A stretch of 64,000 nt of DNA from Auanema rhodensis (Eukaryota > Animalia > Nematoda): positions 16,616,001 to 16,680,000 of the forward strand of contig OZ059900.1 of NCBI GenBank assembly GCA_964057225.1, given 5' to 3'. The notes below the pieces were generated by a model. The model saw only the letters and a program-made list of their open reading frames with translations, searched no databases and was not told where the DNA came from. The position numbers and the translations under genes were made by a program. Shown in pieces: positions 10,261 to 24,900 of this stretch (within the stretch, counting starts at the first letter, position 1; each line of letters opens with the position of its first letter).

Positions 10261-12996
10261 GAAACCTAGCTCAAAATTGTTTGTACAACGTCTAGTTCCA
10301 CTTTCACGACAAAAAAACAAGGGTTAGAAAATTAAGGAAATTAGCATATTCTGAGGGCACGCCCCTTATGGCTAATATTGATTAAATCGATTTTTGTTCA
10401 TATGAGTCGTCAAATGCAACGAATTTCAGCGTGTTACATACTAAAATGAAGCATTTTACATGCTGAACACTAGAAAAATACAAAAACACAGTATTTCCCA
10501 TGAGAAATATTTTATTATGCTGGAAAACCAGTTTTTGGAAATTTCGCTGTAAACAAGGTTTTGACTTACGATTTCATGTGTTCAAACTCATGCAATGTCA
10601 ATGAAACCTAGCTCAAAATTGTTTGTACAACGTCTAGTTCCACTTTCACGACAAAAAAACAGGGGTTAGAAAATTAAGGAAATTAGCATATTCTGAGGGC
10701 ACGCCCCTTATGGCTAATATTGATTAAATCGATTTTTGTTCATATGAGTCGTCAAATGCAACGAATTTCAGCGTGTTACACACTAAAATGAAGCATTTCA
10801 CATGCTGAACACTAGAAGAATACAAAAACACAGTATTTCCCATGAGAAATATTTTATTATGCTGGAAAACCAGTTTTTGGAAATTTCGCTGTAAACAAGG
10901 TTTTGACTTACGATTTCATGTGTTCAAACTCATGCAATGTCAATGAAACCTAGCTCAAAATTGTTTGTACAACGTCTAGTTCCACTTTCACGACAAAAAA
11001 ACAGGGGTTAGAAAATTAAGGAAATTAGCATATTCTGAGGGCACGCCCCTTATGGCTAATATTGATTAAATCGATTTTTGTTCATATGAGTCGTCAAATG
11101 CAACGAATTTCAGCGTGTTACACACTAAAATGAAGCATTTCACATGCTGAACACTAGAAGAATACAAAAACACAGTATTTCCCATGAGAAATATTTTATC
11201 ATGCTGGAAAACCAGTTTTTGGAAATTTCGCTGTAAACAAGGTTTTGACTTACGATTTCATGTGTTCAAACTCATGCAATGTCAATGAAACCTAGCTCAA
11301 AATTGTTCGTACAACGTCTAGTTCCACTTTCACGACAAAAAAACGGGGGTTAGAAAATTAAGGAAATTAGCATATTCTGAGGGCACGCCCCTTATGGCTA
11401 ATATTGATTAAATCGATTTTTGTTCATATGAGTCGTCAAATGCAACGAATTTCAGCGTGTTACACACTAAAATGAAGCATTTCACATGCTGAACACTAGA
11501 AGAATACAAAAACACAGTATTTCCCATGAGAAATATTTTATTATGCTGGAAAACCAGTTTGTGGAAATTTCGCTGTAAACAAGGTTTTGACTTACGATTT
11601 CATGTGTTCAAACTCATGCAATGTCAATGAAACCTAGCTCAAAATTGTTTGTACAACGTCTAGTTCCACTTTCACGACAAAAAAACAAGGGTTAGAAAAT
11701 TAAGGAAATTAGCATATTCTGAGGGCACGCCCCTTATGGCTAATATTGATTAAATCGATTTTTGTTCATATGAGTCGTCAAATGCAACGAATTTCAGCGT
11801 GTTACATACTAAAATGAAGCATTTTACATGCTGAACACTAGAAAAATACAAAAACACAGTATTTCCCATGAGAAATATTTTATTATGCTGGAAAACCAGT
11901 TTTTGGAAATTTCGCTGTAAACAAGGTTTTGACTTACGATTTCATGTGTTCAAACTCATGCAATGTCAATGAAACCTAGCTCAAAATTGTTTGTACAACG
12001 TCTAGTTCCACTTTCACGACAAAAAAACAGGGGTTAGAAAATTAAGGAAATTAGCATATTCTGAGGGCACGCCCCTTATGGCTAATATTGATTAAATCGA
12101 TTTTTGTTCATATGAGTCGTCAAATGCAACGAATTTCAGCGTGTTACACACTAAAATGAAGCATTTCACATGCTGAACACTAGAAGAATACAAAAACACA
12201 GTATTTCCCATGAGAAATATTTTATTATGCTGGAAAACCAGTTTTTGGAAATTTCGCTGTAAACAAGGTTTTGACTTACGATTTCATGTGTTCAAACTCA
12301 TGCAATGTCAATGAAACCTAGCTCAAAATTGTTTGTACAACGTCTAGTTCCACTTTCACGACAAAAAAACAGGGGTTAGAAAATTAAGGAAATTAGCATA
12401 TTCTGAGGGCACGCCCCTTATGGCTAATATTGATTAAATCGATTTTTGTTCATATGAGTCGTCAAATGCAACGAATTTCAGCGTGTTACACACTAAAATG
12501 AAGCATTTCACATGCTGAACACTAGAAGAATACAAAAACACAGTATTTCCCATGAGAAATATTTTATCATGCTGGAAAACCAGTTTTTGGAAATTTCGCT
12601 GTAAACAAGGTTTTGACTTACGATTTCATGTGTTCAAACTCATGCAATGTCAATGAAACCTAGCTCAAAATTGTTCGTACAACGTCTAGTTCCACTTTCA
12701 CGACAAAAAAACGGGGGTTAGAAAATTAAGGAAATTAGCATATTCTGAGGGCACGCCCCTTATGGCTAATATTGATTAAATCGATTTTTGTTCATATGAG
12801 TCGTCAAATGCAACGAATTTCAGCGTGTTACACACTAAAATGAAGCATTTCACATGCTGAACACTAGAAGAATACAAAAACACAGTATTTCCCATGAGAA
12901 ATATTTTATTATGCTGGAAAACCAGTTTGTGGAAATTTCGCTGTAAACAAGGTTTTGACTTACGATTTCATGTGTTCAAACTCATGCAATGTCAAT
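10261..12996. repeat. Perfect tandem duplication of a 4-monomer unit (1368 bp x2); also at 38296-41031
   Basis: M31-34 = M35-38, including rare 59G (AAACGGGGGT) with 275G in the fourth monomer. Confidence 0.9.
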
Positions 12997-15900
12997 GAAA
13001 CCTAGCTCAAAATTGTTCGTACAACGTCTAGTTCCACTTTCACGACAAAAAAACAGGGGTTAGAAAATTAAGGAAATTAGCATATTCTGAGGGCACGCCC
13101 CTTATGGCTAATATTGATTAAATCGATTTTTGTTCATATGAGTCGTCAAATGCAACGAATTTCAGCGTGTTACATACTAAAATGAAGCATTTTACATGCT
13201 GAACACTAGAAAAATACAAAAACACAGTATTTCCCATGAGAAATATTTTATCATGCTGGAAAACCAGTTTTTGGAAATTTCGCTGTAAACAAGGTTTTGA
13301 CTTACGATTTCATGTGTTCAAACTCATGCAATGTCAATGAAACCTAGCTCAAAATTGTTTGTACAACGTCTAGTTCCACTTTCACGACAAAAAAACAAGG
13401 GTTAGAAAATTAAGGAAATTAGCATATTCTGAGGGCACGCCCCTTATGGCTAATATTGATTAAATCGATTTTTGTTCATATGAGTCGTCAAATGCAACGA
13501 ATTTCAGCGTGTTACATACTAAAATGAAGCATTTTACATGCTGAACACTAGAAAAATACAAAAACACAGTATTTCCCATGAGAAATATTTTATTATGCTG
13601 GAAAACCAGTTTTTGGAAATTTCGCTGTAAACAAGGTTTTGACTTACGATTTCATGTGTTCAAACTCATGCAATGTCAATGAAACCTAGCTCAAAATTGT
13701 TTGTACAACGTCTAGTTCCACTTTCACGACAAAAAAACAGGGGTTAGAAAATTAAGGAAATTAGCATATTCTGAGGGCACGCCCCTTATGGCTAATATTG
13801 ATTAAATCGATTTTTGTTCATATGAGTCGTCAAATGCAACGAATTTCAGCGTGTTACACACTAAAATGAAGCATTTCACATGCTGAACACTAGAAGAATA
13901 CAAAAACACAGTATTTCCCATGAGAAATATTTTATTATGCTGGAAAACCAGTTTTTCGAAATTTCGCTGTAAACAAGGTTTTGACTTACGATTTCATGTG
14001 TTCAAACTCATGCAATGTCAATGAAACCTAGCTCAAAATTGTTCGTACAACGTCTAGTTCCACTTTCACGACAAAAAAACAAGGGTTAGAAAATTAAGGA
14101 AATTAGCATATTCTGAGGGCACGCCCCTTATGGCTAATATTGATTAAATCGATTTTTGTTCATATGAGTCGTCAAATGCAACGAATTTCAGCGTGTTACA
14201 TACTAAAATGAAGCATTTTACATGCTGAACACTAGAAAAATACAAAAACACAGTATTTCCCATGATAAATATTTTATTATGCTGGAAAACCAGTTTTTGG
14301 AAATTTCGCTGTAAACAAGGTTTTGACTTACGATTTCATGTGTTCAAACTCATGCAATGTCAATGAAACCTAGCTCAAAATTGTTCGTACAACGTCTAGT
14401 TCCACTTTCACGACAAAAAAACAGGGGTTAGAAAATTAAGGAAATTAGCATATTCTGAGGGCACGCCCCTTATGGCTAATATTGATTAAATCGATTTTTG
14501 TTCATATGAGTCGTCAAATGCAACGAATTTCAGCGTGTTACATACTAAAATGAAGCATTTTACATGCTGAACACTAGAAAAATACAAAAACACAGTATTT
14601 CCCATGAGAAATATTTTATTATGCTGGAAAACCAGTTTTTGGAAATTTCGCTGTAAACAAGGTTTTGACTTACGATTTCATGTGTTCAAACTCATGCAAT
14701 GTCAATGAAACCTAGCTCAAAATTGTTTGTACAACGTCTAGTTCCACTTTCACGACAAAAAAACAGGGGTTAGAAAATTAAGGAAATTAGCATATTCTGA
14801 GGGCACGCCCCTTATGGCTAATATTGATTAAATCGATTTTTGTTCATATGAGTCGTCAAATGCAACGAATTTCAGCGTGTTACACACTAAAATGAAGCAT
14901 TTCACATGCTGAACACTAGAAGAATACAAAAACACAGTATTTCCCATGAGAAATATTTTATTATGCTGGAAAACCAGTTTTTCGAAATTTCGCTGTAAAC
15001 AAGGTTTTGACTTACGATTTCATGTGTTCAAACTCATGCAATGTCAATGAAACCTAGCTCAAAATTGTTCGTACAACGTCTAGTTCCACTTTCACGACAA
15101 AAAAACAAGGGTTAGAAAATTAAGGAAATTAGCATATTCTGAGGGCACGCCCCTTATGGCTAATATTGATTAAATCGATTTTTGTTCATATGAGTCGTCA
15201 AATGCAACGAATTTCAGCGTGTTACATACTAAAATGAAGCATTTTACATGCTGAACACTAGAAAAATACAAAAACACAGTATTTCCCATGATAAATATTT
15301 TATTATGCTGGAAAACCAGTTTTTGGAAATTTCGCTGTAAACAAGGTTTTGACTTACGATTTCATGTGTTCAAACTCATGCAATGTCAATGAAACCTAGC
15401 TCAAAATTGTTCGTACAACGTCTAGTTCCACTTTCACGACAAAAAAACAGGGGTTAGAAAATTAAGGAAATTAGCATATTCTGAGGGCACGCCCCTTATG
15501 GCTAATATTGATTAAATCGATTTTTGTTCATATGAGTCGTCAAATGCAACGAATTTCAGCGTGTTACATACTAAAATGAAGCATTTTACATGCTGAACAC
15601 TAGAAGAATACAAAAACACAGTATTTCCCATGAGAAATATTTTATTATGCTGGAAAACCAGTTTGTGGAAATTTCGCTGTAAACAAGGTTTTGACTTACG
15701 ATTTCATGTGTTCAAACTCATGCAATGTCAATGAAACCTAGCTCAAAATTGTTCGTACAACGTCTAGTTCCACTTTCACGACAAAAAAACAGGGGTTAGA
15801 AAATTAAGGAAATTAGCATATTCTGAGGGCACGCCCCTTATGGCTAATATTGATTAAATCGATTTTTGTTCATATGAGTCGTCAAATGCAACGAATTTCA

Positions 15901-18900
15901 GCGTGTTACATACTAAAATGAAGCATTTTACATGCTGAACACTAGAAAAATACAAAAACACAGTATTTCCCATGAGAAATATTTTATCATGCTGGAAAAC
16001 CAGTTTTTGGAAATTTCGCTGTAAACAAGGTTTTGACTTACGATTTCATGTGTTCAAACTCATGCAATGTCAATGAAACCTAGCTCAAAATTGTTTGTAC
16101 AACGTCTAGTTCCACTTTCACGACAAAAAAACAAGGGTTAGAAAATTAAGGAAATTAGCATATTCTGAGGGCACGCCCCTTATGGCTAATATTGATTAAA
16201 TCGATTTTTGTTCATATGAGTCGTCAAGTGCAACGAATTTCAGCGTGTTACATACTAAAATGAAGCATTTTACATGCTGAACACTAGAAAAATACAAAAA
16301 CACAGTATTTCCCATGAGAAATATTTTATTATGCTGGAAAACCAGTTTTTGGAAATTTCGCTGTAAACAAGGTTTTGACTTACGATTTCATGTGTTCAAA
16401 CTCATGCAATGTCAATGAAACCTAGCTCAAAATTGTTCGTACAACGTCTAGTTCCACTTTCACGACAAAAAAACAGGGGTTAGAAAATTAAGGAAATTAG
16501 CATATTCTGAGGGCACGCCCCTTATGGCTAATATTGATTAAATCGATTTTTGTTCATATGAGTCGTCAAATGCAACGAATTTCAGCGTGTTACACACTAA
16601 AATGAAGCATTTCACATGCTGAACACTAGAAGAATACAAAAACACAGTATTTCCCATGAGAAATATTTTATTATGCTGGAAAACCAGTTTTTCGAAATTT
16701 CGCTGTAAACAAGGTTTTGACTTACGATTTCATGTGTTCAAACTCATGCAATGTCAATGAAACCTAGCTCAAAATTGTTCGTACAACGTCTAGTTCCACT
16801 TTCACGACAAAAAAACAAGGGTTAGAAAATTAAGGAAATTAGCATATTCTGAGGGCACGCCCCTTATGGCTAATATTGATTAAATCGATTTTTGTTCATA
16901 TGAGTCGTCAAATGCAACGAATTTCAGCGTGTTACATACTAAAATGAAGCATTTTACATGCTGAACACTAGAAAAATACAAAAACACAGTATTTCCCATG
17001 AGAAATGTTTTATTATGCTGGAAAACCAGTTTTTGGAAATTTCGCTGTAAACAAGGTTTTGACTTACGATTTCATGTGTTCAAACTCATGCAATGTCAAT
17101 GAAACCTAGCTCAAAATTGTTCGTACAACGTCTAGTTCCACTTTCACGACAAAAAAACAGGGGTTAGAAAATTAAGGAAATTAGCATATTCTGAGGGCAC
17201 GCCCCTTATGGCTAATATTGATTAAATCGATTTTTGTTCATATGAGTCGTCAAATGCAACGAATTTCAGCGTGTTACATACAATGAAGCATTTCACATGC
17301 TGAACACTAGAAAAATACAAAAACACAGTATTTCCCATGAGAAATATTTTATTATGCTGGAAAACCAGTTTTTGGAAATTTCGCTGTAAACAAGTTTTTG
17401 ACTTACGATTTCATGTGTTCAAACTCATGCAATGTCAATGAAACCTAGCTCAAAATTGTTCCTACAACGTCTAGTTCCACTTTCACGACAAAAAAACAGG
17501 GGTTAGAAAATTAAGGAAATTAGCATATTCTGAGGGCACGCCTCTTATGGCTAATATTGATTAAATCGATTTTTGTTCATATGAGTCGTCAAATGCAACG
17601 AATTTCAGCGTGTTACATACTAAAATGAAGCATTTTACATGCTGAACACTAGAAGAATACAAAAACACAGTATTTCCCATGAGAAATATTTTATTATGCT
17701 GGAAAACCAGTTTGTGGAAATTTCGCTGTAAACAAGGTTTTGACTTACGATTTCATGTGTTCAAACTCATGCAATGTCAATGAAACCTAGCTCAAAATTG
17801 TTCGTACAACGTCTAGTTCCACTTTCACGACAAAAAAACAGGGGTTAGAAAATTAAGGAAATTAGCATATTCTGAGGGCACGCCCCTTATGGCTAATATT
17901 GATTAAATCGATTTTTGTTCATATGAGTCGTCAAATGCAACGAATTTCAGCGTGTTACACACTAAAATGAAGCATTTCACATGCTGAACACTAGAAGAAT
18001 ACAAAAACACAGTATTTCCCATGAGAAATATTTTATTATGCTGGAAAACCAGTTTTTGGAAATTTCGCTGTAAACAAGGTTTTGACTTACGATTTCATGT
18101 GTTCAAACTCATGCAATGTCAATGAAACCTAGCTCAAAATTGTTCGTACAACGTCTAGTTCCACTTTCACGACAAAAAAACAGGGGTTAGAAAATTAAGG
18201 AAATTAGCATATTCTGAGGGCACGCCCCTTATGGCTAATATTGATTAAATCGATTTTTGTTCATATGAGTCGTCAAATGCAACGAATTTCAGCGTGTTAC
18301 ACACTAAAATGAAGCATTTCACATGCTGAACACTAGAAGAATACAAAAACACAGTATTTCCCATGAGAAATATTTTATTATGCTGGAAAACCAGTTTTTC
18401 GAAATTTCGCTGTAAACAAGGTTTTGACTTACGATTTCATGTGTTCAAACTCATGCAATGTCAATGAAACCTAGCTCAAAATTGTTCGTACAACGTCTAG
18501 TTCCACTTTCACGACAAAAAAACAAGGGTTAGAAAATTAAGGAAATTAGCATATTCTGAGGGCACGCCCCTTATGGCTAATATTGATTAAATCGATTTTT
18601 GTTCATATGAGTCGTCAAATGCAACGAATTTCAGCGTGTTACATACTAAAATGAAGCATTTTACATGCTGAACACTAGAAAAATACAAAAACACAGTATT
18701 TCCCATGAGAAATGTTTTATTATGCTGGAAAACCAGTTTTTGGAAATTTCGCTGTAAACAAGGTTTTGACTTACGATTTCATGTGTTCAAACTCATGCAA
18801 TGTCAATGAAACCTAGCTCAAAATTGTTCGTACAACGTCTAGTTCCACTTTCACGACAAAAAAACAGGGGTTAGAAAATTAAGGAAATTAGCATATTCTG

Positions 18901-21900
18901 AGGGCACGCCCCTTATGGCTAATATTGATTAAATCGATTTTTGTTCATATGAGTCGTCAAATGCAACGAATTTCAGCGTGTTACATACTAAAATGAAGCA
19001 TTTTACATGCTGAACACTAGAAGAATACAAAAACACAGTATTTCCCATGAGAAATATTTTATTATGCTGGAAAACCAGTTTGTGGAAATTTCGCTGTAAA
19101 CAAGGTTTTGACTTACGATTTCATGTGTTCAAACTCATGCAATGTCAATGAAACCTAGCTCAAAATTGTTCGTACAACGTCTAGTTCCACTTTCACGACA
19201 AAAAAACAGGGGTTAGAAAATTAAGGAAATTAGCATATTCTGAGGGCACGCCCCTCATGGCTAATATTGATTAAATCGATTTTTGTTCATATGAGTCGTC
19301 AAATGCAACGAATTTCAGCGTGTTACATACTAAAATGAAGCATTTTACATGCTGAACACTAGAAAAATACAAAAACACAGTATTTCCCATGAGAAATATT
19401 TTATTATGCTGGAAAACCAGTTTTTGAAAATTTCGCTGTAAACAAAGTTTTGACTTACGATTGCATGTGTTCAAACTCATGCAATGTCAATGAAACCTAG
19501 CTCAAAATTGTTCGTACAACGTCTAGTTCCACTTTCACGACAAAAAAACAGGGGTTAGAAAATTAAGGAAATTAGCATATTCTGAGGGCACGCCCCTTAT
19601 GGCTAATATTGATTAAATCGATTTTTGTTCATATGAGTCGTCAAATGCAACGAATTTCAGCGTGTTACATACTAAAATGAAGCATTTTACATGCTGAACA
19701 CTAGAAAAATACAAAAACACAGTATTTCCCATGAGAAATATTTTATTATGCTGGAAAACCAGTTTTTGGAAATTTCGCTGTAAACAAGGTTTTGACTTAC
19801 GATTTCATGTGTTCAAACTCATGCAATGTCAATGAAACCTAGCTCAAAATTGTTCGTACAACGTCTAGTTCCACTTTCACAACAAAAAAACAGGGGTTAG
19901 AAAATTAAGGAAATTAGCATATTCTGAGGGCACGCCCCTTATGGCTAATATTGATTAAATCGATTTTTGTTCATATGAGTCGTCAAATGCAACGAATTTC
20001 AGCGTGTTACATACTAAAATGAAGCATTTTACATGCTGAACACTAGAAAAATACAAAAACACAGTATTTCCCATGAGAAATATTTTATTATGCTGGAAAA
20101 CCAGTTTTTGGAAATTTCGCTGTAAACAAGGTTTTGACTTACGATTTCATGTGTTCAAACTCATGCAATGTCAATGAAACCTAGCTCAAAATTGTTCGTA
20201 CAACGTCTAGTTCCACTTTCACGACAAAAAAACAGGGGTTAGAAAATTAAGGAAATTAGCATATTCTGAGGGCACGCCCCTTATGGCTAATATTGATTAA
20301 ATCGATTTTTGTTCATATGAGTCGTCAAATGCAACGAATTTCAGCGTGTTACATACTAAAATGAAGCATTTTACATGCTGAACACTAGAAGAATACAAAA
20401 ACACAGTATTTCCCATGAGAAATATTTTATCATGCTGGAAAACCAGTTTGTGGAAATTTCGCTGTAAACAAGGTTTTGACTTACGATTTCATGTGTTCAA
20501 ACTCATGCAATGTCAATGAAACCTAGCTCAAAATTGTTCGTACAACGTCTAGTTCCACTTTCACGACAAAAAAACAGGGGTTAGAAAATTAAGGAAATTA
20601 GCATATTCTGAGGGCACGCCCCTTATGGCTAATATTGATTAAATCGATTTTTGTTCATATGAGTCGTCAAATGCAACGAATTTCAGCGTGTTACATACTA
20701 AAATGAAGCATTTTACATGCTGAACACTAGAAGAATACAAAAACACAGTATTTCCCATGAGAAATATTTTATTATGCTGGAAAACCAGTTTTTGGAAATT
20801 TCGCTGTAAACAAGGTTTTGACTTACGATTTCATGTGTTCAAACTCATGCAATGTCAATGAAACCTAGCTCAAAATTGTTCGTACAACGTCTAGTTCCAC
20901 TTTCACGACAAAAAAACAGGGGTTAGAAAATTAAAGAAATTAGCATATTCTGAGGGCACGCCCCTTATGGCTAATATTGATTAAATCGATTTTTGTTCAT
21001 ATGAGTCGTCAAATGCAACGAATTTCAGCGTGTTACATACTAAAATGAAGCATTTTACATGCTGAACACTAGAAAAATACAAAAACACAGTATTTCCCAT
21101 GAGAAATATTTTATCATGCTGGAAAACCAGTTTTTGGAAATTTCGCTGTAAACAAGGTTTTGACTTACGATTTCATGTGTTCAAACTCATGCAATGTCAA
21201 TGAAACCTAGCTCAAAATTGTTTGTACAACGTCTAGTTCCACTTTCACGACAAAAAAACAAGGGTTAGAAAATTAAGGAAATTAGCATATTCTGAGGGCA
21301 CGCCCCTTATGGCTAATATTGATTAAATCGATTTTTGTTCATATGAGTCGTCAAATGCAACGAATTTCAGCGTGTTACATACTAAAATGAAGCATTTTAC
21401 ATGCTGAACACTAGAAAAATACAAAAACACAGTATTTCCCATGAGAAATATTTTATTATGCTGGAAAACCAGTTTTTGGAAATTTCGCTGTAAACAAGGT
21501 TTTGACTTACGATTTCATGTGTTCAAACTCATGCAATGTCAATGAAACCTAGCTCAAAATTGTTCGTACAACGTCTAGTTCCACTTTCACGACAAAAAAA
21601 CAGGGGTTAGAAAATTAAGGAAATTAGCATATTCTGAGGGCACGCCCCTTATGGCTAATATTGATTAAATCGATTTTTGTTCATATGAGTCGTCAAATGC
21701 AACGAATTTCAGCGTGTTACACACTAAAATGAAGCATTTCACATGCTGAACACTAGAAGAATACAAAACACAGTATTTCCTATGAGAAATATTTTATTAT
21801 GCTGGAAAACCAGTTTTTCGAAATTTCGCTGTAAACAAGGTTTTGACTTACGATTTCATGTGTTCAAACTCATGCAATGTCAATGAAACCTAGCTCAAAA

Positions 21901-24900
21901 TTGTTCGTACAACGTCTAGTTCCACTTTCACGACAAAAAAACAAGGGTTAGAAAATTAAGGAAATTAGCATATTCTGAGGGCACGCCCCTTATGGCTAAT
22001 ATTGATTAAATCGATTTTTGTTCATATGAGTCGTCAAATGCAACGAATTTCAGCGTGTTACATACTAAAATGAAGCATTTTACATGCTGAACACTAGAAA
22101 AATACAAAAACACAGTATTTCCCATGAGAAATATTTTATTATGCTGGAAAACCAGTTTTTGGAAATTTCGCTGTAAACAAGGTTTTGACTTACGATTTCA
22201 TGTGTTCAAACTCATGCAATGTCAATGAAACCTAGCTCAAAATTGTTCGTACAACGTCTAGTTCCACTTTCACGACAAAAAAACAGGGGTTAGAAAATTA
22301 AGGAAATTAGCATATTCTGAGGGCACGCCCCTTATGGCTAATATTGATTAAATCGATTTTTGTTCATATGAGTCGTCAAATGCAACGAATTTCAGCGTGT
22401 TACATACTAAAATGAAGCATTTTACATGCTGAACACTAGAAAAATACAAAAACACAGTATTTCCCATGAGAAATATTTTATCATGCTGGAAAACCAGTTT
22501 TTGGAAATTTCGCTGTAAACAAGGTTTTGACTTACGATTTCATGTGTTCAAACTCATGCAATGTCAATGAAACCTAGCTCAAAATTGTTTGTACAACGTC
22601 TAGTTCCACTTTCACGACAAAAAAACAAGGGTTAGAAAATTAAGGAAATTAGCATATTCTGAGGGCACGCCCCTTATGGCTAATATTGATTAAATCGATT
22701 TTTGTTCATATGAGTCGTCAAATGCAACGAATTTCAGCGTGTTACATACTAAAATGAAGCATTTTACATGCTGAACACTAGAAAAATACAAAAACACAGT
22801 ATTTCCCATGAGAAATATTTTATTATGCTGGAAAACCAGTTTTTGGAAATTTCGCTGTAAACAAGGTTTTGACTTACGATTTCATGTGTTCAAACTCATG
22901 CAATGTCAATGAAACCTAGCTCAAAATTGTTCGTACAACGTCTAGTTCCACTTTCACGACAAAAAAACAGGGGTTAGAAAATTAAGGAAATTAGCATATT
23001 CTGAGGGCACGCCCCTTATGGCTGATATTGATTAAATCGATTTTTGTTCATATGAGTCGTCAAATGCAACGAATTTCAGCGTGTTACACACTAAAATGAA
23101 GCATTTCACATGCTGAACACTAGAAGAATACAAAAACACAGTTTTTCCATGAGAAATATTTTATTATGCTGGAAAACCAGTTTTTCGAAATTTCGCTGTA
23201 AACAAGGTTTTGACTTACGATTTCATGTGTTCAAACTCATGCAATGTCAATGAAACCTAGCTCAAAATTGTTCGTACAACGTCTAGTTCCACTTTCACGA
23301 CAAAAAAACAAGGGTTAGAAAATTAAGGAAATTAGCATATTCTGAGGGCACGCCCCTTATGGCTAATATTGATTAAATCGATTTTTGTTCATATGAGTCG
23401 TCAAATGCAACGAATTTCAGCGTCTTACATACTAAAATGAAGCATTTTACATGCTGAACACTAGAAAAATACAAAAACACAGTATTTCCCATGAGAAATA
23501 TTTTATCATGCTGGAAAACCAGTTTTTGGAAATTTCGCTGTAAACAAGGTTTTGACTTACGATTTCATGTGTTCAAACTCATGCAATGTCAATGAAACCT
23601 AGCTCAAAATTGTTTGTACAACGTCTAGTTCCACTTTCACGACAAAAAAACAAGGGTTAGAAAATTAAGGAAATTAGCATATTCTGAGGGCACGCCCCTT
23701 ATGGCTAATATTGATTAAATCGATTTTTGTTCATATGAGTCGTCAAATGCAACGAATTTCAGCGTGTTACATACTAAAATGAAGCATTTTACATGCTGAA
23801 CACTAGAAAAATACAAAAACACAGTATTTCCCATGAGAAATATTTTATCATGCTGGAAAACCAGTTTTTGGAAATTTCGCTGTAAACAAGGTTTTGACTT
23901 ACGATTTCATGTGTTCAAACTCATGCAATGTCAATGAAACCTAGCTCAAAATTGTTTGTACAACGTCTAGTTCCACTTTCACGACAAAAAAACAAGGGTT
24001 AGAAAATTAAGGAAATTAGCATATTCTGAGGGCACGCCCCTTATGGCTAATATTGATTAAATCGATTTTTGTTCATATGAGTCGTCAAATGCAACGAATT
24101 TCAGCGTGTTACATACTAAAATGAAGCATTTTACATGCTGAACACTAGAAAAATACAAAAACACAGTATTTCCCATGAGAAATATTTTATTATGCTGGAA
24201 AACCAGTTTTTGGAAATTTCGCTGTAAACAAGGTTTTGACTTACGATTTCATGTGTTCAAACTCATGCAATGTCAATGAAACCTAGCTCAAAATTGTTCG
24301 TACAACGTCTAGTTCCACTTTCACGACAAAAAAACAGGGGTTAGAAAATTAAGGAAATTAGCATATTCTGAGGGCACGCCCCTTATGGCTAATATTGATT
24401 AAATCGATTTTTGTTCATATGAGTCGTCAAATGCAACGAATTTCAGCGTGTTACACACTAAAATGAAGCATTTCACATGCTGAACACTAGAAGAATACAA
24501 AACACAGTATTTCCTATGAGAAATATTTTATTATGCTGGAAAACCAGTTTTTCGAAATTTCGCTGTAAACAAGGTTTTGACTTACGATTTCATGTGTTCA
24601 AACTCATGCAATGTCAATGAAACCTAGCTCAAAATTGTTCGTACAACGTCTAGTTCCACTTTCACGACAAAAAAACAGGGGTTAGAAAATTAAGGAAATT
24701 AGCATATTCTGAGGGCACGCCCCTTATGGCTGATATTGATTAAATCGATTTTTGTTCATATGAGTCGTCAAATGCAACGAATTTCAGCGTGTTACACACT
24801 AAAATGAAGCATTTCACATGCTGAACACTAGAAGAATACAAAAACACAGTTTTTCCATGAGAAATATTTTATTATGCTGGAAAACCAGTTTTTCGAAATT

